Under the pieces are notes generated by a model. It was given only the letters and a program-made list of their open reading frames with translations, was not told the DNA's origin and searched no databases. From Syntrophales bacterium (GTDB lineage: Bacteria; Desulfobacterota; Syntrophia; Syntrophales; UBA2210), in contig CAXXKT010000003.1 in NCBI GenBank assembly GCA_963662405.2, positions 416,001-480,000 on the forward strand: a stretch of 64,000 nucleotides of DNA. Reading direction: 5' to 3'. The stretch's first letter is position 1. Each line of letters opens with the position of its first letter. This document shows, in pieces, positions 39,485-50,308 of the stretch. A program made the position numbers and the translations under genes.

Positions 39485-39901
39485 ATGAAGATACTGGGCC
39501 TTGATTACGGAGACAAAAGAATAGGTGTGGCGATCTGCGATGAACTGGGAATAGCAGCGAGAGGCGTCGCGACGGTTACCAGGAAATACTGGAAGCGGGA
39601 CATTGCACAGATCGCAACACTCGTGCGGGAGTATGGCGCCGAGATGATCGTTATCGGGTATCCCGTCCGGCTGGATGGTACGGAAGGGATCCAGTGCGGG
39701 AAGGTAAACGATTTTATCGAGACCCTCGCGACGGGGATTGATATCCCTGTCGTAAAATGGAACGAGGCCCTCTCAACGAAAGAGGCGGAAGGCCTTCTCC
39801 GGGAGGCGGATGTGAAGCTGAGAAAGCGGAGGGGGGTTGTGGACAGGATAGCGGCCGCTATCATTCTCCAAGATTATCTGGATCATAACCCGGTGACGTG
39901 A
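39485..39901 (+). CDS. ruvX: YqgF/RuvX family nuclease
   Basis: LGLDYGDKRIGVA and DRIAAAIILQDYL. Confidence 0.93.
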   Translation: MKILGLDYGDKRIGVAICDELGIAARGVATVTRKYWKRDIAQIATLVREYGAEMIVIGYPVRLDGTEGIQCGKVNDFIETLATGIDIPVVKWNEALSTKEAEGLLREADVKLRKRRGVVDRIAAAIILQDYLDHNPVT

Positions 39902-39948
39902 AAAAAGCACTCATTCCAATGGGCGAAACGCCAGGGTGAAGAGGGTGA

Positions 39949-40962
39949 ATGAGTAAGGGATGGATGAAGACACTGGTCATTATACTCATCACCTGTGTGG
40001 TGAGCGGGGTGCTTCTGTGCCTGTTCTTCATCAACCTTGCGACAAGCCCGATCGATTATCAATATCGGGAGGTCACCGTCGAGATTCCCCGGGGGACTTC
40101 CTTCGCCCGGACGGTCGCTATCTTGGAAGATGCGGAGATAATCGGTAATGCAAGGGCATTTTATCTGTTGGCATTTCTGAAAGACGCACTCAATCGTATC
40201 AGGGCGGGTGAATACGACCTGCGCAGTTCCATGACGCCGATGGAAATTCTGGAACGATTGGTTGAGGGAAAGGTCAAGGAATATCCGGTATTCATCCCGG
40301 AGGGCTACACGTTGCAACAAATAGCTGACCGACTTGAAGAACAAGGACTTGCCGACCGGGAGATTTTCGTCAGTCTTGCATCGGACAAGAAACTGCTCTC
40401 ATCGATCGGTATAGAAGGGGACAGCGCCGAGGGTTATCTTTTCCCCGATACCCATATGCTGAACAAGTCGATGGGGGAAGAGGGTATTATACGCTTCATG
40501 GTGCGGCAGTTCCGGAGGATCATGACGCCCGAACTGCTCGAACGGATGGAACGGCTTCATATGGGTGAGAATGAAGTCGTAACGCTTGCTTCGATTATCG
40601 AGAAAGAAGGAGGGGGCGTTGCGGAGATGCCTCTTATATCGGCCGTTTTTCATAACAGGCTGAAGCGGAAGATGCGATTGCAGAGCGACCCCACCGTCAT
40701 CTACGGTATCGAGGATTTTGACGGAAATCTCAGGAGAAAGGATCTGAAGCAAAAAACACCCTACAATACATACCGGATACGGGGATTACCCCCCGGACCG
40801 ATCTGTAGCCCGGGGGCGGAGGCGATCAGGGCCGCTCTCTTCCCGGCGCCGGTGCAGTATCTCTATTTTGTCTCGAAAAACAACGGTTCCCACCACTTTT
40901 CTACCAATCTTGCCGACCACAATAAGGCCGTCCTAAAATATCAAATTAAAAGGCGGAAATAG
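39949..40962 (+). CDS. mltG: Endolytic transglycosylase MltG
   Basis: EGYLFPDT, LASIIEKE, LQSDPT and YNTY..GLPPGPI. Confidence 0.95.
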   Translation: MSKGWMKTLVIILITCVVSGVLLCLFFINLATSPIDYQYREVTVEIPRGTSFARTVAILEDAEIIGNARAFYLLAFLKDALNRIRAGEYDLRSSMTPMEILERLVEGKVKEYPVFIPEGYTLQQIADRLEEQGLADREIFVSLASDKKLLSSIGIEGDSAEGYLFPDTHMLNKSMGEEGIIRFMVRQFRRIMTPELLERMERLHMGENEVVTLASIIEKEGGGVAEMPLISAVFHNRLKRKMRLQSDPTVIYGIEDFDGNLRRKDLKQKTPYNTYRIRGLPPGPICSPGAEAIRAALFPAPVQYLYFVSKNNGSHHFSTNLADHNKAVLKYQIKRRK

Positions 40963-40985
40963 CTTTTCCCCTCGTGTTTTTTTTC

Positions 40986-41047
40986 TTGACAAAGCAGCGG
41001 TGCACTCCTATAGTTCAATCAGGTGGAGCGAAGTGGGATTTTGTGGA
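40986..41047 (+). promoter_or_regulatory. dcw promoter with three MraZ boxes
   Basis: TTGACA (40986), 17-bp spacer, TATAGT (41009); GTGG(A/G) at 41023, 41033 and 41043 with a 10-bp period. Confidence 0.85.
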
Positions 41048-41058
41048 GGTTTTTATCG

Positions 41059-41505
41059 TTGTCTGTATTCAGGGGAAGGCACTACCACACCATCGATGAA
41101 AAAGGGAGAATTATCTTCCCCGCCAAGCTCTGTCAGGTTTTCAAGGAGAGGTATGACGAGCGGATGGTGATCACCAACTGGGACCGGTGCCTCCTGGTCT
41201 TCCCCTATAACGAATGGATCGCGATTGAGGAGAAAGTCTTTTCGCAGTCGATCATCAAAAGAGAGGTACGGGCATTTCAGCGTCTCTTTATGTCGGGTGC
41301 TGTGGATTGTTCTTTCAATGAGCAAAGGCGAGTGCTGATACCACCCGCCCTCAGAGAATACGCGAAACTCGAGAAAGAGATCGTCATCGCCGGCATGGGA
41401 CGGAGCATAGAGATCTGGAGTAGGGATCGCTTTGAGGAGGAACTTGACGACTCCGTCCAGAATATAGAGGCCTTCAGCGATTACATGGCCGATCTGGGGA
41501 TATGA
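41059..41505 (+). CDS. mraZ: Transcriptional regulator MraZ
   Basis: FRG..IDEKGR and RVLIPPALREYA; TTG start after GGAGG. Confidence 0.93.
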   Translation: MSVFRGRHYHTIDEKGRIIFPAKLCQVFKERYDERMVITNWDRCLLVFPYNEWIAIEEKVFSQSIIKREVRAFQRLFMSGAVDCSFNEQRRVLIPPALREYAKLEKEIVIAGMGRSIEIWSRDRFEEELDDSVQNIEAFSDYMADLGI

Positions 41506-42443
41506 GAAAGTCAACCTATCATGAACCGGTAATGCTTGCAGAGACGGTCGATTCATTGGATTGCAAGCCGGCGGGCGTCTATGTCGACGGAACGATAGGG
41601 GGTGGGGGGCATGCGAAGGAGATCCTGATACGGACGGCCCCTGATGGGATCTTGATCGGCGTTGATCGTGACGATGATGCAATTGCTGAGTCCGCGTTGA
41701 GACTCGAGCTCTTTGGCGCGCGAGCCATTTTGGTGAAGGCGAATTTTACACAGATCAGGGATATCGTTTCGGCGCGGGGCTTTGAGAAAGTGAACGGGAT
41801 TTTGCTGGACCTGGGAGTTTCGTCACATCAGTTCGATGCACCCGAAAGGGGATTCGGGTTTTCCCGAGACGCACCACTTGACATGAGGATGGATCAAGAA
41901 AGTGGCGTGACGGCCTTTGACATCGTCAACGGGTTCCCGGAAGAGAAACTGAAGAAGATTCTAAAAGAGTACGGTGAAGAAATGATGCCCGGACGAATTG
42001 TACGTGCAATTTCGGAAAGGCGGAGGCTGTCTCCCATACGAACGACCGCTGAACTTGCCGAGATTGTCAGAGTCGCACTCCCCGGCCACCTGAAGCACAA
42101 GAGGATACATCCCGCCACAAAGACCTTTCAAGCCCTCCGCATCGCCGTCAACGATGAATTGGAAAATCTCCGCACCGCGATCGAATCGGGAATCGACATG
42201 CTCGAAGAGGGGGGGAGATTCTCGATCATCTCGTTCCATTCACTCGAAGACCGGATCGTCAAGGATCGGTTCCGCTCTTGGGAAAAGGGGTGTATTTGTC
42301 CTCCCGATTTTCCGGTTTGCCGGTGCGGCAGGAGCCCGAAACTGAAGGTGCTGACAAAGAAACCGGTCATGTCCGGAGAGGATGAAATCGTTTCCAATCC
42401 GCGGGCACGAAGCGCCCGGTTGAGAACGGCAATAAGGATTTAA
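41502..42443 (+). CDS. rsmH: 16S rRNA m4C1402 methyltransferase
   Basis: HEPVM, DLGVSS and FHSLEDRIVK. Confidence 0.96.
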   Translation: MRKSTYHEPVMLAETVDSLDCKPAGVYVDGTIGGGGHAKEILIRTAPDGILIGVDRDDDAIAESALRLELFGARAILVKANFTQIRDIVSARGFEKVNGILLDLGVSSHQFDAPERGFGFSRDAPLDMRMDQESGVTAFDIVNGFPEEKLKKILKEYGEEMMPGRIVRAISERRRLSPIRTTAELAEIVRVALPGHLKHKRIHPATKTFQALRIAVNDELENLRTAIESGIDMLEEGGRFSIISFHSLEDRIVKDRFRSWEKGCICPPDFPVCRCGRSPKLKVLTKKPVMSGEDEIVSNPRARSARLRTAIRI

Positions 42444-42445
42444 AC

Positions 42446-42733
42446 ATGACGGGGCTGGGCGCGAAAAAAAAGTGGCGAATCTCCCGGCTTATTGTCGTTG
42501 CGCTTCTGTTTATGGCGGCTGCCCTTTTGTATGTATGGGTTCGTATCAGTATCACGAACGTCGATTATCGGATAGCGAGAGAAATGCATCGCAGGGAAGT
42601 CCTCATGGAGGAAAATCGAAAGTTGAAAATTGAGATCGCGACGCTCAAGTCTCCAAGCAGGGTAGAGGCTATCGCGCGGGCCAAGCTCGGGATGCACTAT
42701 CCGGAAAGGGATCAGGTAATTTTCCTGAGATGA
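42446..42733 (+). CDS. ftsL: Cell division protein FtsL
   Basis: Single TM plus coiled coil, RVEAIARAKLGM; lies between rsmH and ftsI. Confidence 0.88.
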   Translation: MTGLGAKKKWRISRLIVVALLFMAAALLYVWVRISITNVDYRIAREMHRREVLMEENRKLKIEIATLKSPSRVEAIARAKLGMHYPERDQVIFLR

Positions 42734-44712
42734 GCACAAAATCGAAAAAATGGCTGAGATTCAGGGTGGTGTCACTGATGGTCTTTTTCCTCGTGCTGTA
42801 TGTGGCGTTGGTCTCGCGGGCCTTTCAGCTCCAGGTTGTCTCGGGGGAGACCCTGGGATCGCTTGCCGACAGACAGCACAAAAAGAGCCTGACATTGAAT
42901 CCGGAGCGCCGATTTATATTTGACCGGAACGGGCAGAAACTGGCCGCCACCATCATGGCCGATTCCGTCTATGTTGATCCATCGTCCGTGCAGGATCAGC
43001 GGAAGGTTGCATCGAAACTCTCCTCCGTTCTGGGCATTAAGAGAAGGGATGTTACGCGAGAGCTTGCAAATCAGGGGAGTTTTCGCTGGATTGCCCGGCA
43101 GATCTCTCCGGCGGGAGCGGAACGTATCAGCGCCATGGATCTGAAGGGGGTGCACCTGGTGCGGGAACCAAAGAGATTCTATCCGCACCGAGAGATGGCA
43201 TGTCACCTTCTCGGCTTTGCCGGTCTCGATTCCACCGGTCTTGAGGGATTGGAATTGCAATACGATGACTATCTCAAGGGTGTTCCCCAGGGGGTGGTGT
43301 GGGGACGAGACGCACGCGGACACCGGATCTATCTGGATGATGACGCGGGGAATGGCTCAAACGACAGAAGCTGCAGCCTCTTTTTGACTATTGATAGTAA
43401 GATCCAGTACATTGTTGAATCGCAGCTGCACAACGCCATAGAGCGAACCGGTGCCAAAGGGGGGAGTATTATCGTGATGGACCCCCGAACCGGTGAAGTC
43501 CTGGCGATGGCCAATGGGCCCAGCTTCAATCTCAACACCTTTTCCACCTATCCTGCGGATGCCAGACGAAACAGGGCCGTCACCGATTGCTTCGACCCCG
43601 GTTCGGTCTTCAAACCCTTTGTCGCCGCCGCCGCTTTTGATGAGGGGGTTGTGGAGGAAACGGACCTGTTTAATTGCGAGGATGGGCTCTATGTGGTGGA
43701 TGACCGGATAATCCATGAGGCACAGAATAAGAAGTATCAGGAACTGACACCCGCGGATATTCTCAAACACTCCAGCAATATAGGGATTGTCAAGATAGCG
43801 GAAAAGCTCGGGAAAGATCGCTTTCACCACTACATTACCCGATTCGGATTCGGTTCGAAGACAGGGGTCGATCTCCCCGGAGAATCGGCGGGGATCCTGA
43901 GGGCTCCTCATGAATGGCGCGATGTTGACTTCGCAACGATGGCCTTTGGTCAGGGACTCTCGGTGACCCCCCTCCAACTCGTGAGTGCCATGTGTTCCAT
44001 AGCGAACGGCGGTGTCCTGATGAAACCGTATGTTGTACGATGCCTGGTGGACAAAAAAGGGGACGTCATCAAACAGTTCGAACCGGTTGCCGTCAGGCGG
44101 GTGATATCTGAGGAGACTGCGCGAAGGGTTGCCTCTATCCTCACCGGTGTGGTGGACGGAGAGGGGGGGACCGGCAGGAATGCCCACATCGTGAATCTTC
44201 CCGTGGCCGGGAAGACGGGTACATCGCAGAAGTTTGACTTTTCTACGGGACGGTACTCCTCAAAAAAGGTGGCGGCTTCATTCATCGGCTTTTTCCCCGC
44301 TGACGATCCCCAGATGGTTATTCTCGTCGTTTTGGATGAACCGAAGATTGACAGATGGGGTGGTGTTGCGGCTGCACCGGTTTTTAAGAGGGTTTCGGAA
44401 CAGATACTGAGATGCTCCAACAGCAGCATGGAGGTTCCGGAAGTCGCCGAGGAGCGTAACGGCACGAAACGCAGGATTATGCAGGTATCTGCCGTGGCGG
44501 CGGATATGCCCCGTCTCGACGTTATTGTTGATCAATCGGTAATCCCCGATTTTGCCGGGCTCTCCATGCGAGAGGCCCTGCGGATCGCTCAGAGAAGGGG
44601 GATGGAGATACGAACTGCGGGGAGTGGTTGGGCCGTGAATCAGAACCCCGCTCCCGGCACCCCTATAGAGGGGAATCGCCCCTGCTATGTCCTGTTTGAT
44701 AGTGGAGGATGA
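42730..44712 (+). CDS. ftsI: Penicillin-binding protein 3 with PASTA domain
   Basis: SVFK, SSN and KTGT motifs. Confidence 0.93.
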   Translation: MSTKSKKWLRFRVVSLMVFFLVLYVALVSRAFQLQVVSGETLGSLADRQHKKSLTLNPERRFIFDRNGQKLAATIMADSVYVDPSSVQDQRKVASKLSSVLGIKRRDVTRELANQGSFRWIARQISPAGAERISAMDLKGVHLVREPKRFYPHREMACHLLGFAGLDSTGLEGLELQYDDYLKGVPQGVVWGRDARGHRIYLDDDAGNGSNDRSCSLFLTIDSKIQYIVESQLHNAIERTGAKGGSIIVMDPRTGEVLAMANGPSFNLNTFSTYPADARRNRAVTDCFDPGSVFKPFVAAAAFDEGVVEETDLFNCEDGLYVVDDRIIHEAQNKKYQELTPADILKHSSNIGIVKIAEKLGKDRFHHYITRFGFGSKTGVDLPGESAGILRAPHEWRDVDFATMAFGQGLSVTPLQLVSAMCSIANGGVLMKPYVVRCLVDKKGDVIKQFEPVAVRRVISEETARRVASILTGVVDGEGGTGRNAHIVNLPVAGKTGTSQKFDFSTGRYSSKKVAASFIGFFPADDPQMVILVVLDEPKIDRWGGVAAAPVFKRVSEQILRCSNSSMEVPEVAEERNGTKRRIMQVSAVAADMPRLDVIVDQSVIPDFAGLSMREALRIAQRRGMEIRTAGSGWAVNQNPAPGTPIEGNRPCYVLFDSGG

Positions 44713-46244
44713 AGGGGAGACCCGTCATGAATATCTCATGTCTGCTGGATGGAGTGGATATCCTCGATGTATCGGGCGATATATCAGGCGAGGTCTCCGG
44801 TCTGTGTCATGATTCGCGGCAATGCTCCAAAGGGTCCGTATTTGTAGCCGTTTCAGGTACTCAATTCGATGGGCACGATTTTATTGCCGGGGCGGTGGAG
44901 CGCGGGGCTCGGTGTGTCGTGTACGATAAAGAGGACCTGTCCCCCGTGCCGTCGGCGACCTGCATACGGGTGAGAGATAGTCGTCTCGCCCTCGCGACAC
45001 TCGGGAGGAATTTCTACGGCAATCCTTCCCGTCGTCTCTGCTTGATCGGGGTGACCGGGACGAACGGTAAGACGACGGTGACCTATCTCATGGAGTCGAT
45101 TCTGCGGGCCGCCGGGTTCTCCACAGGGGTGATCGGGACGGTCAATTACCGGTATGGAGGCACGGCCTTCCCGGCCCCCCACACGACACCCGAATCGATC
45201 GAACTCCAAAAAATGCTCAGAGAAATGGCCGATGCCGGAGTAACACACGTGGTGATGGAGGTCTCGTCGCACGCGATCGATCTGAAACGTATCTATGGTT
45301 GTGAGTATGACCTTGGCATATTTACGAATCTTTCCAGCGAACATCTTGATTATCACCGAACGATGGAGGAATACTTCCAGGTCAAAAAGAGATTTTTTGA
45401 TGATCTGGTCGCCGGACATGCCGTGGTGGTCAATGTGGATGACCACTGGGGGGCGAGACTCCGCAGGGAAATGCGGACGCGGGTGGTGACCGTGGGCGCG
45501 GATGAGCCCTGCGACATATCCCCTGCCGACGTTGTCTTTTCCCTGGAGGGTATCCATGCCCGCATACGCGCAGCCGGTTGTGAATTTTCTGTCGCCTCTT
45601 CTCTGACCGGGAGGTTCAATCTCTCTAATATTTTAACCGCTACCGCCGGGGCCCTGTCGCTCGGGGTATCGCCGGAGATGATCCGATCGGGGCTTGAGGC
45701 CCTGAAAGCTGTTCCGGGTCGCCTGGAACGGGTGAGCCGACCGGGAGAGCCGGTGGTCTTCGTGGATTATGCCCATACGGGGGATGCCCTTGATAAGGTG
45801 CTCGGAACCCTCTCCGAGTTCAGAGAAAAAAGGATTATAACGGTTTTTGGATGTGGCGGTGACCGGGATCGCACGAAACGGCCCGAGATGGGGAGACTCG
45901 CGGCGGCGATGAGCGATCTGACCATTATCACTTCGGATAACCCGAGGATGGAGGATCCCCTACGGATCATAGAGGAGATAGAGAGGGGGATCGACGCCGC
46001 GACGGTCAGATATACCCCGAAAGAGGTCGCTGGTGGTCTTGCCGGAAAAGGGTACACGATCATGCCGGACCGGCGAGCCGCTATTGGTCTGGCGTTATCC
46101 ATCGCCGATGAGTCGGATATCGTTCTGATTGCGGGGAAGGGGCACGAAGATTACCAGATCGTGGGGACCCGCAGATTCGCTTTCGATGACAGGGTGATTG
46201 CCCGGGAGGTCCTTTCCGGTCGCAGGGTAGGAGGCACGTGTTGA
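44709..46244 (+). CDS. murE: UDP-MurNAc-tripeptide ligase (meso-DAP type)
   Basis: GTNGKTT, MEVSSH and DNPR. Confidence 0.95.
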   Translation: MKGRPVMNISCLLDGVDILDVSGDISGEVSGLCHDSRQCSKGSVFVAVSGTQFDGHDFIAGAVERGARCVVYDKEDLSPVPSATCIRVRDSRLALATLGRNFYGNPSRRLCLIGVTGTNGKTTVTYLMESILRAAGFSTGVIGTVNYRYGGTAFPAPHTTPESIELQKMLREMADAGVTHVVMEVSSHAIDLKRIYGCEYDLGIFTNLSSEHLDYHRTMEEYFQVKKRFFDDLVAGHAVVVNVDDHWGARLRREMRTRVVTVGADEPCDISPADVVFSLEGIHARIRAAGCEFSVASSLTGRFNLSNILTATAGALSLGVSPEMIRSGLEALKAVPGRLERVSRPGEPVVFVDYAHTGDALDKVLGTLSEFREKRIITVFGCGGDRDRTKRPEMGRLAAAMSDLTIITSDNPRMEDPLRIIEEIERGIDAATVRYTPKEVAGGLAGKGYTIMPDRRAAIGLALSIADESDIVLIAGKGHEDYQIVGTRRFAFDDRVIAREVLSGRRVGGTC

Positions 46245-47656
46245 AGGAGAAGACAGCGCCCATACTGAAGGTTGAAGAAGTCGTGAGGGCGACGGGGGGG
46301 ACCCTCGCTCGAGGGAATCCCGCGCTTTCGTTCGAGGGGGTTTCGATCGATTCACGGGGGGTGATCGCGGGCAATCTCTTCATCCCTCTCGCGGGAGAGC
46401 GGTTCGACGGCCATGGCTTTATCCCGGATGCGGTGCGCCATGGGGCCGCGGGGGTGCTTGTCGGACGGGAAGCGGCAGGATGGACGGCTCACATCGAGGG
46501 TGATGTCTCCGTGATTCTTGTTGATGATACCCTGCGCGCACTGGGGGATCTCGCCAATTCGTGGAGAAATCTCTTTACCGTTCCGGTCGTGGCGGTCACG
46601 GGCAGTTCCGGCAAGACGACGACGAAAGAGATGATAGCCACGGTGGCGGGGCTGGCCGGGGCGGTTTTGAAGAGCAGAGGGAATTACAACAACCTGGTCG
46701 GGCTCCCTCTGAGCCTCTTCGAGTTGCGTGAAGAACATGAGATGGCCGTCGTTGAACTGGGGACCAACACGAGGGGAGAAATCGCGAGGCTTGCCGCCAT
46801 AGCCGATCCGAATATCGGTGTGATCACCAATATCGGGCCGGCTCACCTGGAGGGGTTCGGATCTCTCCAGGCGGTCATGGAGGAAAAGGGAGACCTCTTT
46901 TCCCATATGAGAGATCAGGGAACGGCGGTTTTTAACCGGGATGATCCCCTGTCACGGACCTTGGCCGAGCGATGGGGGGGGAGGAACATTGGGTTCGGGA
47001 TAGAGGAAAACGCCTTTGTGAGGGCGGAGCGCATCTTTATGAGAGGTGAGCGGGGTGTGAGTTTCACCCTCAATATGGGGGAAATCGGGAAGGGGATTGA
47101 TATGACCGTCGTCGGCAGGCACAACATCTACAATGCCCTGGCCTGTGCGGCCGCCTGCTGGGCCCTGGAGATCCCCTACGACCTGATCTGTGAAGGACTG
47201 TCGGCATTCAGGCAGATTACGAGCCGCATGGAGCTGCACCGCTTGAGAGGCGGCGGTACCGTTATTAACGATACCTACAATGCGAACCCCGCTTCAGTCA
47301 GGGCGGCCCTCGAGACATTACATGATCTCAAAGGAAGGAATGAGAGCGTTGTCATATTGGGAGATATGCTCGAACTGGGAGAAGAGGCCGAGAGACTGCA
47401 CGAGGAAATCGGCAAGGTAATTGCCGACACCGGCGTCGGAGCCCTTTTCCTCAAGGGGGATTTTTCAGAGGCCGTGATACGAGGGGCACTGGAAGGGGGT
47501 TTTGACAGGGAGCGTGTCTACCCCGCCGAAAACCCGGACATGATCATGGATCAACTCCGGGTAATGATCCGAGAGGGAGATTGGATCCTGATAAAGGGGT
47601 CGCGGAAAATGCGGATGGAAGAATTTCTCGCCGCCATCTTGGATGCGTGCGGGTGA
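46238..47656 (+). CDS. murF: UDP-MurNAc-pentapeptide ligase
   Basis: GSSGKTTTKE, DTYNANP and KGSR. Confidence 0.95.
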   Translation: MLKEKTAPILKVEEVVRATGGTLARGNPALSFEGVSIDSRGVIAGNLFIPLAGERFDGHGFIPDAVRHGAAGVLVGREAAGWTAHIEGDVSVILVDDTLRALGDLANSWRNLFTVPVVAVTGSSGKTTTKEMIATVAGLAGAVLKSRGNYNNLVGLPLSLFELREEHEMAVVELGTNTRGEIARLAAIADPNIGVITNIGPAHLEGFGSLQAVMEEKGDLFSHMRDQGTAVFNRDDPLSRTLAERWGGRNIGFGIEENAFVRAERIFMRGERGVSFTLNMGEIGKGIDMTVVGRHNIYNALACAAACWALEIPYDLICEGLSAFRQITSRMELHRLRGGGTVINDTYNANPASVRAALETLHDLKGRNESVVILGDMLELGEEAERLHEEIGKVIADTGVGALFLKGDFSEAVIRGALEGGFDRERVYPAENPDMIMDQLRVMIREGDWILIKGSRKMRMEEFLAAILDACG

Positions 47657-47805
47657 CAGGTGCGAATTTGGATTCTCCGATGAGAGGAGAGTCGTGAAAC
47701 TACCGTATATAGTTGTTAATTTATTGTAACATACTACATAATGTGGTATGCACCGAAGGTAATGTTTCGCCCGCCGATATCAGGGGCGAAGCCGGGAAGG
47801 GATAC

Positions 47806-48882
47806 ATGATCTACCATCTGTTATATCCGCTCAGCGATACCTATTCATGGCTGAATGTATTTCGATACATCACCTTCAGGACCATATACGCGACGATCAC
47901 CGCTTTGGCCATCTGTTTCATTCTCGGACCCTGGGTGATCGGTAAGCTCCGGGCACTCAGCATCGGACAGCCGATTCGCAACGACGGTCCCGACTCGCAC
48001 TTGTTGAAGGAAGGGACTCCCACCATGGGTGGTATCCTGATTATCTTTTCCGTTGTCGTATCGACTCTCCTCTGGGTGCGGCTGACCGTCGATTATGTCT
48101 GGATCATGTTGATGGTTATGGTCGGATACGGTCTGATCGGTTTCTGCGATGATTACCGAAAGTTGTCAAACCGAAGCAAGGGAATCCCGGGGAAGGTGCG
48201 CCTGTTGGCGGAGGTTGTGATAGCCCTCTTTGTCAGTCTTCTTTTGTACGGCGATCCCGATTTCAACTCGAATCTGACCGTTCCCTTTTTCAAGACCTTG
48301 CTTCCCGATCTGGGCTGGGGGTATGTGGTTCTTTCCACCTTCATTATCGTCGGGGCGGCAAATGCGGTGAACCTGACGGATGGTCTCGACGGTCTTGCAA
48401 TCAGTCCGGCGACGATCTGTTTCGCAACCTACCTCCTCTTCGCCTATTTTGCCGGTAACATAAAAATGGCCGGGTACCTGCAGATCCCCTATGTGGCAGG
48501 GGCGGGAGAACTGACCGTCTTTTGCGGTGCGATGGTCGGGGCCGGCCTCGGTTTTCTCTGGTATAACACCTACCCCGCCCAGATATTCATGGGCGATGTG
48601 GGGTCGCTTTCTCTGGGCGGAGCCTTGGGGACGTTGGCGATCCTTACCAAGCAGGAGATCCTGCTCGCCATCGTGGGGGGTATCTTTGTGGTTGAGACTG
48701 TCTCGGTCATTTTCCAGGTGGGGTGGTTCAAGGTATCAAACGGGAACCGCATCTTCAGAATGGCGCCGATTCACCACCACTTTGAGCTGAAGGGATGGGC
48801 GGAGCCCAAGGTGATCGTTCGTTTCTGGATTATCTCCGTCATCCTGGCGCTGATCGCCGTCAGTACATTGAAGTTGCGGTAG
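47806..48882 (+). CDS. mraY: Phospho-MurNAc-pentapeptide transferase
   Basis: [16 protein letters not shown] and [12 protein letters not shown] at 47806. Confidence 0.96.
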   Translation: MIYHLLYPLSDTYSWLNVFRYITFRTIYATITALAICFILGPWVIGKLRALSIGQPIRNDGPDSHLLKEGTPTMGGILIIFSVVVSTLLWVRLTVDYVWIMLMVMVGYGLIGFCDDYRKLSNRSKGIPGKVRLLAEVVIALFVSLLLYGDPDFNSNLTVPFFKTLLPDLGWGYVVLSTFIIVGAANAVNLTDGLDGLAISPATICFATYLLFAYFAGNIKMAGYLQIPYVAGAGELTVFCGAMVGAGLGFLWYNTYPAQIFMGDVGSLSLGGALGTLAILTKQEILLAIVGGIFVVETVSVIFQVGWFKVSNGNRIFRMAPIHHHFELKGWAEPKVIVRFWIISVILALIAVSTLKLR

Positions 48883-48916
48883 GGCGAACGGGAAAGGCAG
48901 CCGCGGGAGCATACGG

Positions 48917-50308
48917 ATGGATTTCGAGGGAAAGACAGTCCTGGTAATCGGCCTGGGAAAGACGGGGGTGGCAACATCGCTCTTTCTTCTCGATCGGGGT
49001 GCCACGGTGTTGGCCACCGACGAGAAACCGGTTTCCGAACTGGGTAAGGGTATCGATTCCCTCAAGGGGATACCGGGTGTTGAACTGGAAATCGGGCAGG
49101 ACGATGTGGGTATCTTGTCGAGAGTGGATCTCATTGTCCCTTCACCGGGGGTTCCCCCTTTCAATCCCCTCCTGGCGGAAGGAGAGAGGAGAGGGATCAC
49201 GATCGTCAGTGAACTGGAACTCGCCTCGCGGTACGTCAGGAAACCGATCATTGCGATCACCGGGACCAATGGGAAAACGACGACGACGACCCTCTTGGGC
49301 GAAATCCTGGCACACTGCGGCAGGCGTGTCTTTGTCGGCGGCAATATCGGTGACCCGCTCATAGGGCATGTGGGCAGTGAGCAGGAGGAGGATTATATCG
49401 TTCTGGAGGTCAGCAGTTTCCAACTGCAGTGGGCCAGGGATTTTCACCCCTCTATCGCGATCCTGCTCAATGTCACCAGTGACCATATCGACTACCACGG
49501 CTCCCTTGAGGAATATCGGCTTGTCAAGGAACGGATATTCGCCCGTCAGGGACAGGGGGATCTGGCCGTCTTGAATGCGGACGATCCCCGGTCGCGCGAT
49601 CTGGCAAGGCGGCTTTCGGGCGAAGCGGTCGCCTGCTTCAGCTCGTCTTCGGTCCTGGAGCGGGGGATCTGTATCAACGGGGATGTATTGCGATACCGCA
49701 GCGGGGATTCGGATGAAGAATATCCCATTGTAAAGATACGACTCAAGGGAGGACACAATCTGGAAAATATCATGGCTGCGGTCCTTGCCGCCCGGATGTG
49801 CGGATGCCCCCCTGACGGGATATGCGATGTCCTTGCTTCTTTCCCCGGTATTGCGCACCGAACGGAGTTTGTCGGAGAGGTTGCGGGAGTTCGGTATTAC
49901 GACGATTCGAAAGGGACGAACGTGGATGCGGTATACCGCGCCCTACAGTCCTTTTCCGGTCCGGTGATTCTCCTCGTCGGGGGCAGGTACAAGGGGGGGG
50001 ATTTCGGTATCCTGACGAAGCTGCTCAGGGAACGGTGCAAGGCCCTGATCATATTCGGCGAGGCGGGCCAAAAGATAGAGAGAATGATCGGCGGTATCGT
50101 AGAGACCAGACGGGTACCAAGCATGGCGGAAGCTGTCGTTACGGCCCGCGGGATCGCTTCAGATGGAGATACGGTCCTTTTGTCACCGGGCTGTTCGAGT
50201 TTTGATGAATTCAAAAACTATGAGGAGCGGGGGGACGTATTCAAGGACATGGTTTTGCAGAGAGGTCATGAGCAGGGGAGCAGGGTATGGGAAAGCAATC
50301 TCCGGTAG
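48917..50308 (+). CDS. murD: UDP-MurNAc-L-Ala:D-Glu ligase
   Basis: GTNGKTT, EVSSFQL and DDSKGTN. Confidence 0.95.
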   Translation: MDFEGKTVLVIGLGKTGVATSLFLLDRGATVLATDEKPVSELGKGIDSLKGIPGVELEIGQDDVGILSRVDLIVPSPGVPPFNPLLAEGERRGITIVSELELASRYVRKPIIAITGTNGKTTTTTLLGEILAHCGRRVFVGGNIGDPLIGHVGSEQEEDYIVLEVSSFQLQWARDFHPSIAILLNVTSDHIDYHGSLEEYRLVKERIFARQGQGDLAVLNADDPRSRDLARRLSGEAVACFSSSSVLERGICINGDVLRYRSGDSDEEYPIVKIRLKGGHNLENIMAAVLAARMCGCPPDGICDVLASFPGIAHRTEFVGEVAGVRYYDDSKGTNVDAVYRALQSFSGPVILLVGGRYKGGDFGILTKLLRERCKALIIFGEAGQKIERMIGGIVETRRVPSMAEAVVTARGIASDGDTVLLSPGCSSFDEFKNYEERGDVFKDMVLQRGHEQGSRVWESNLR

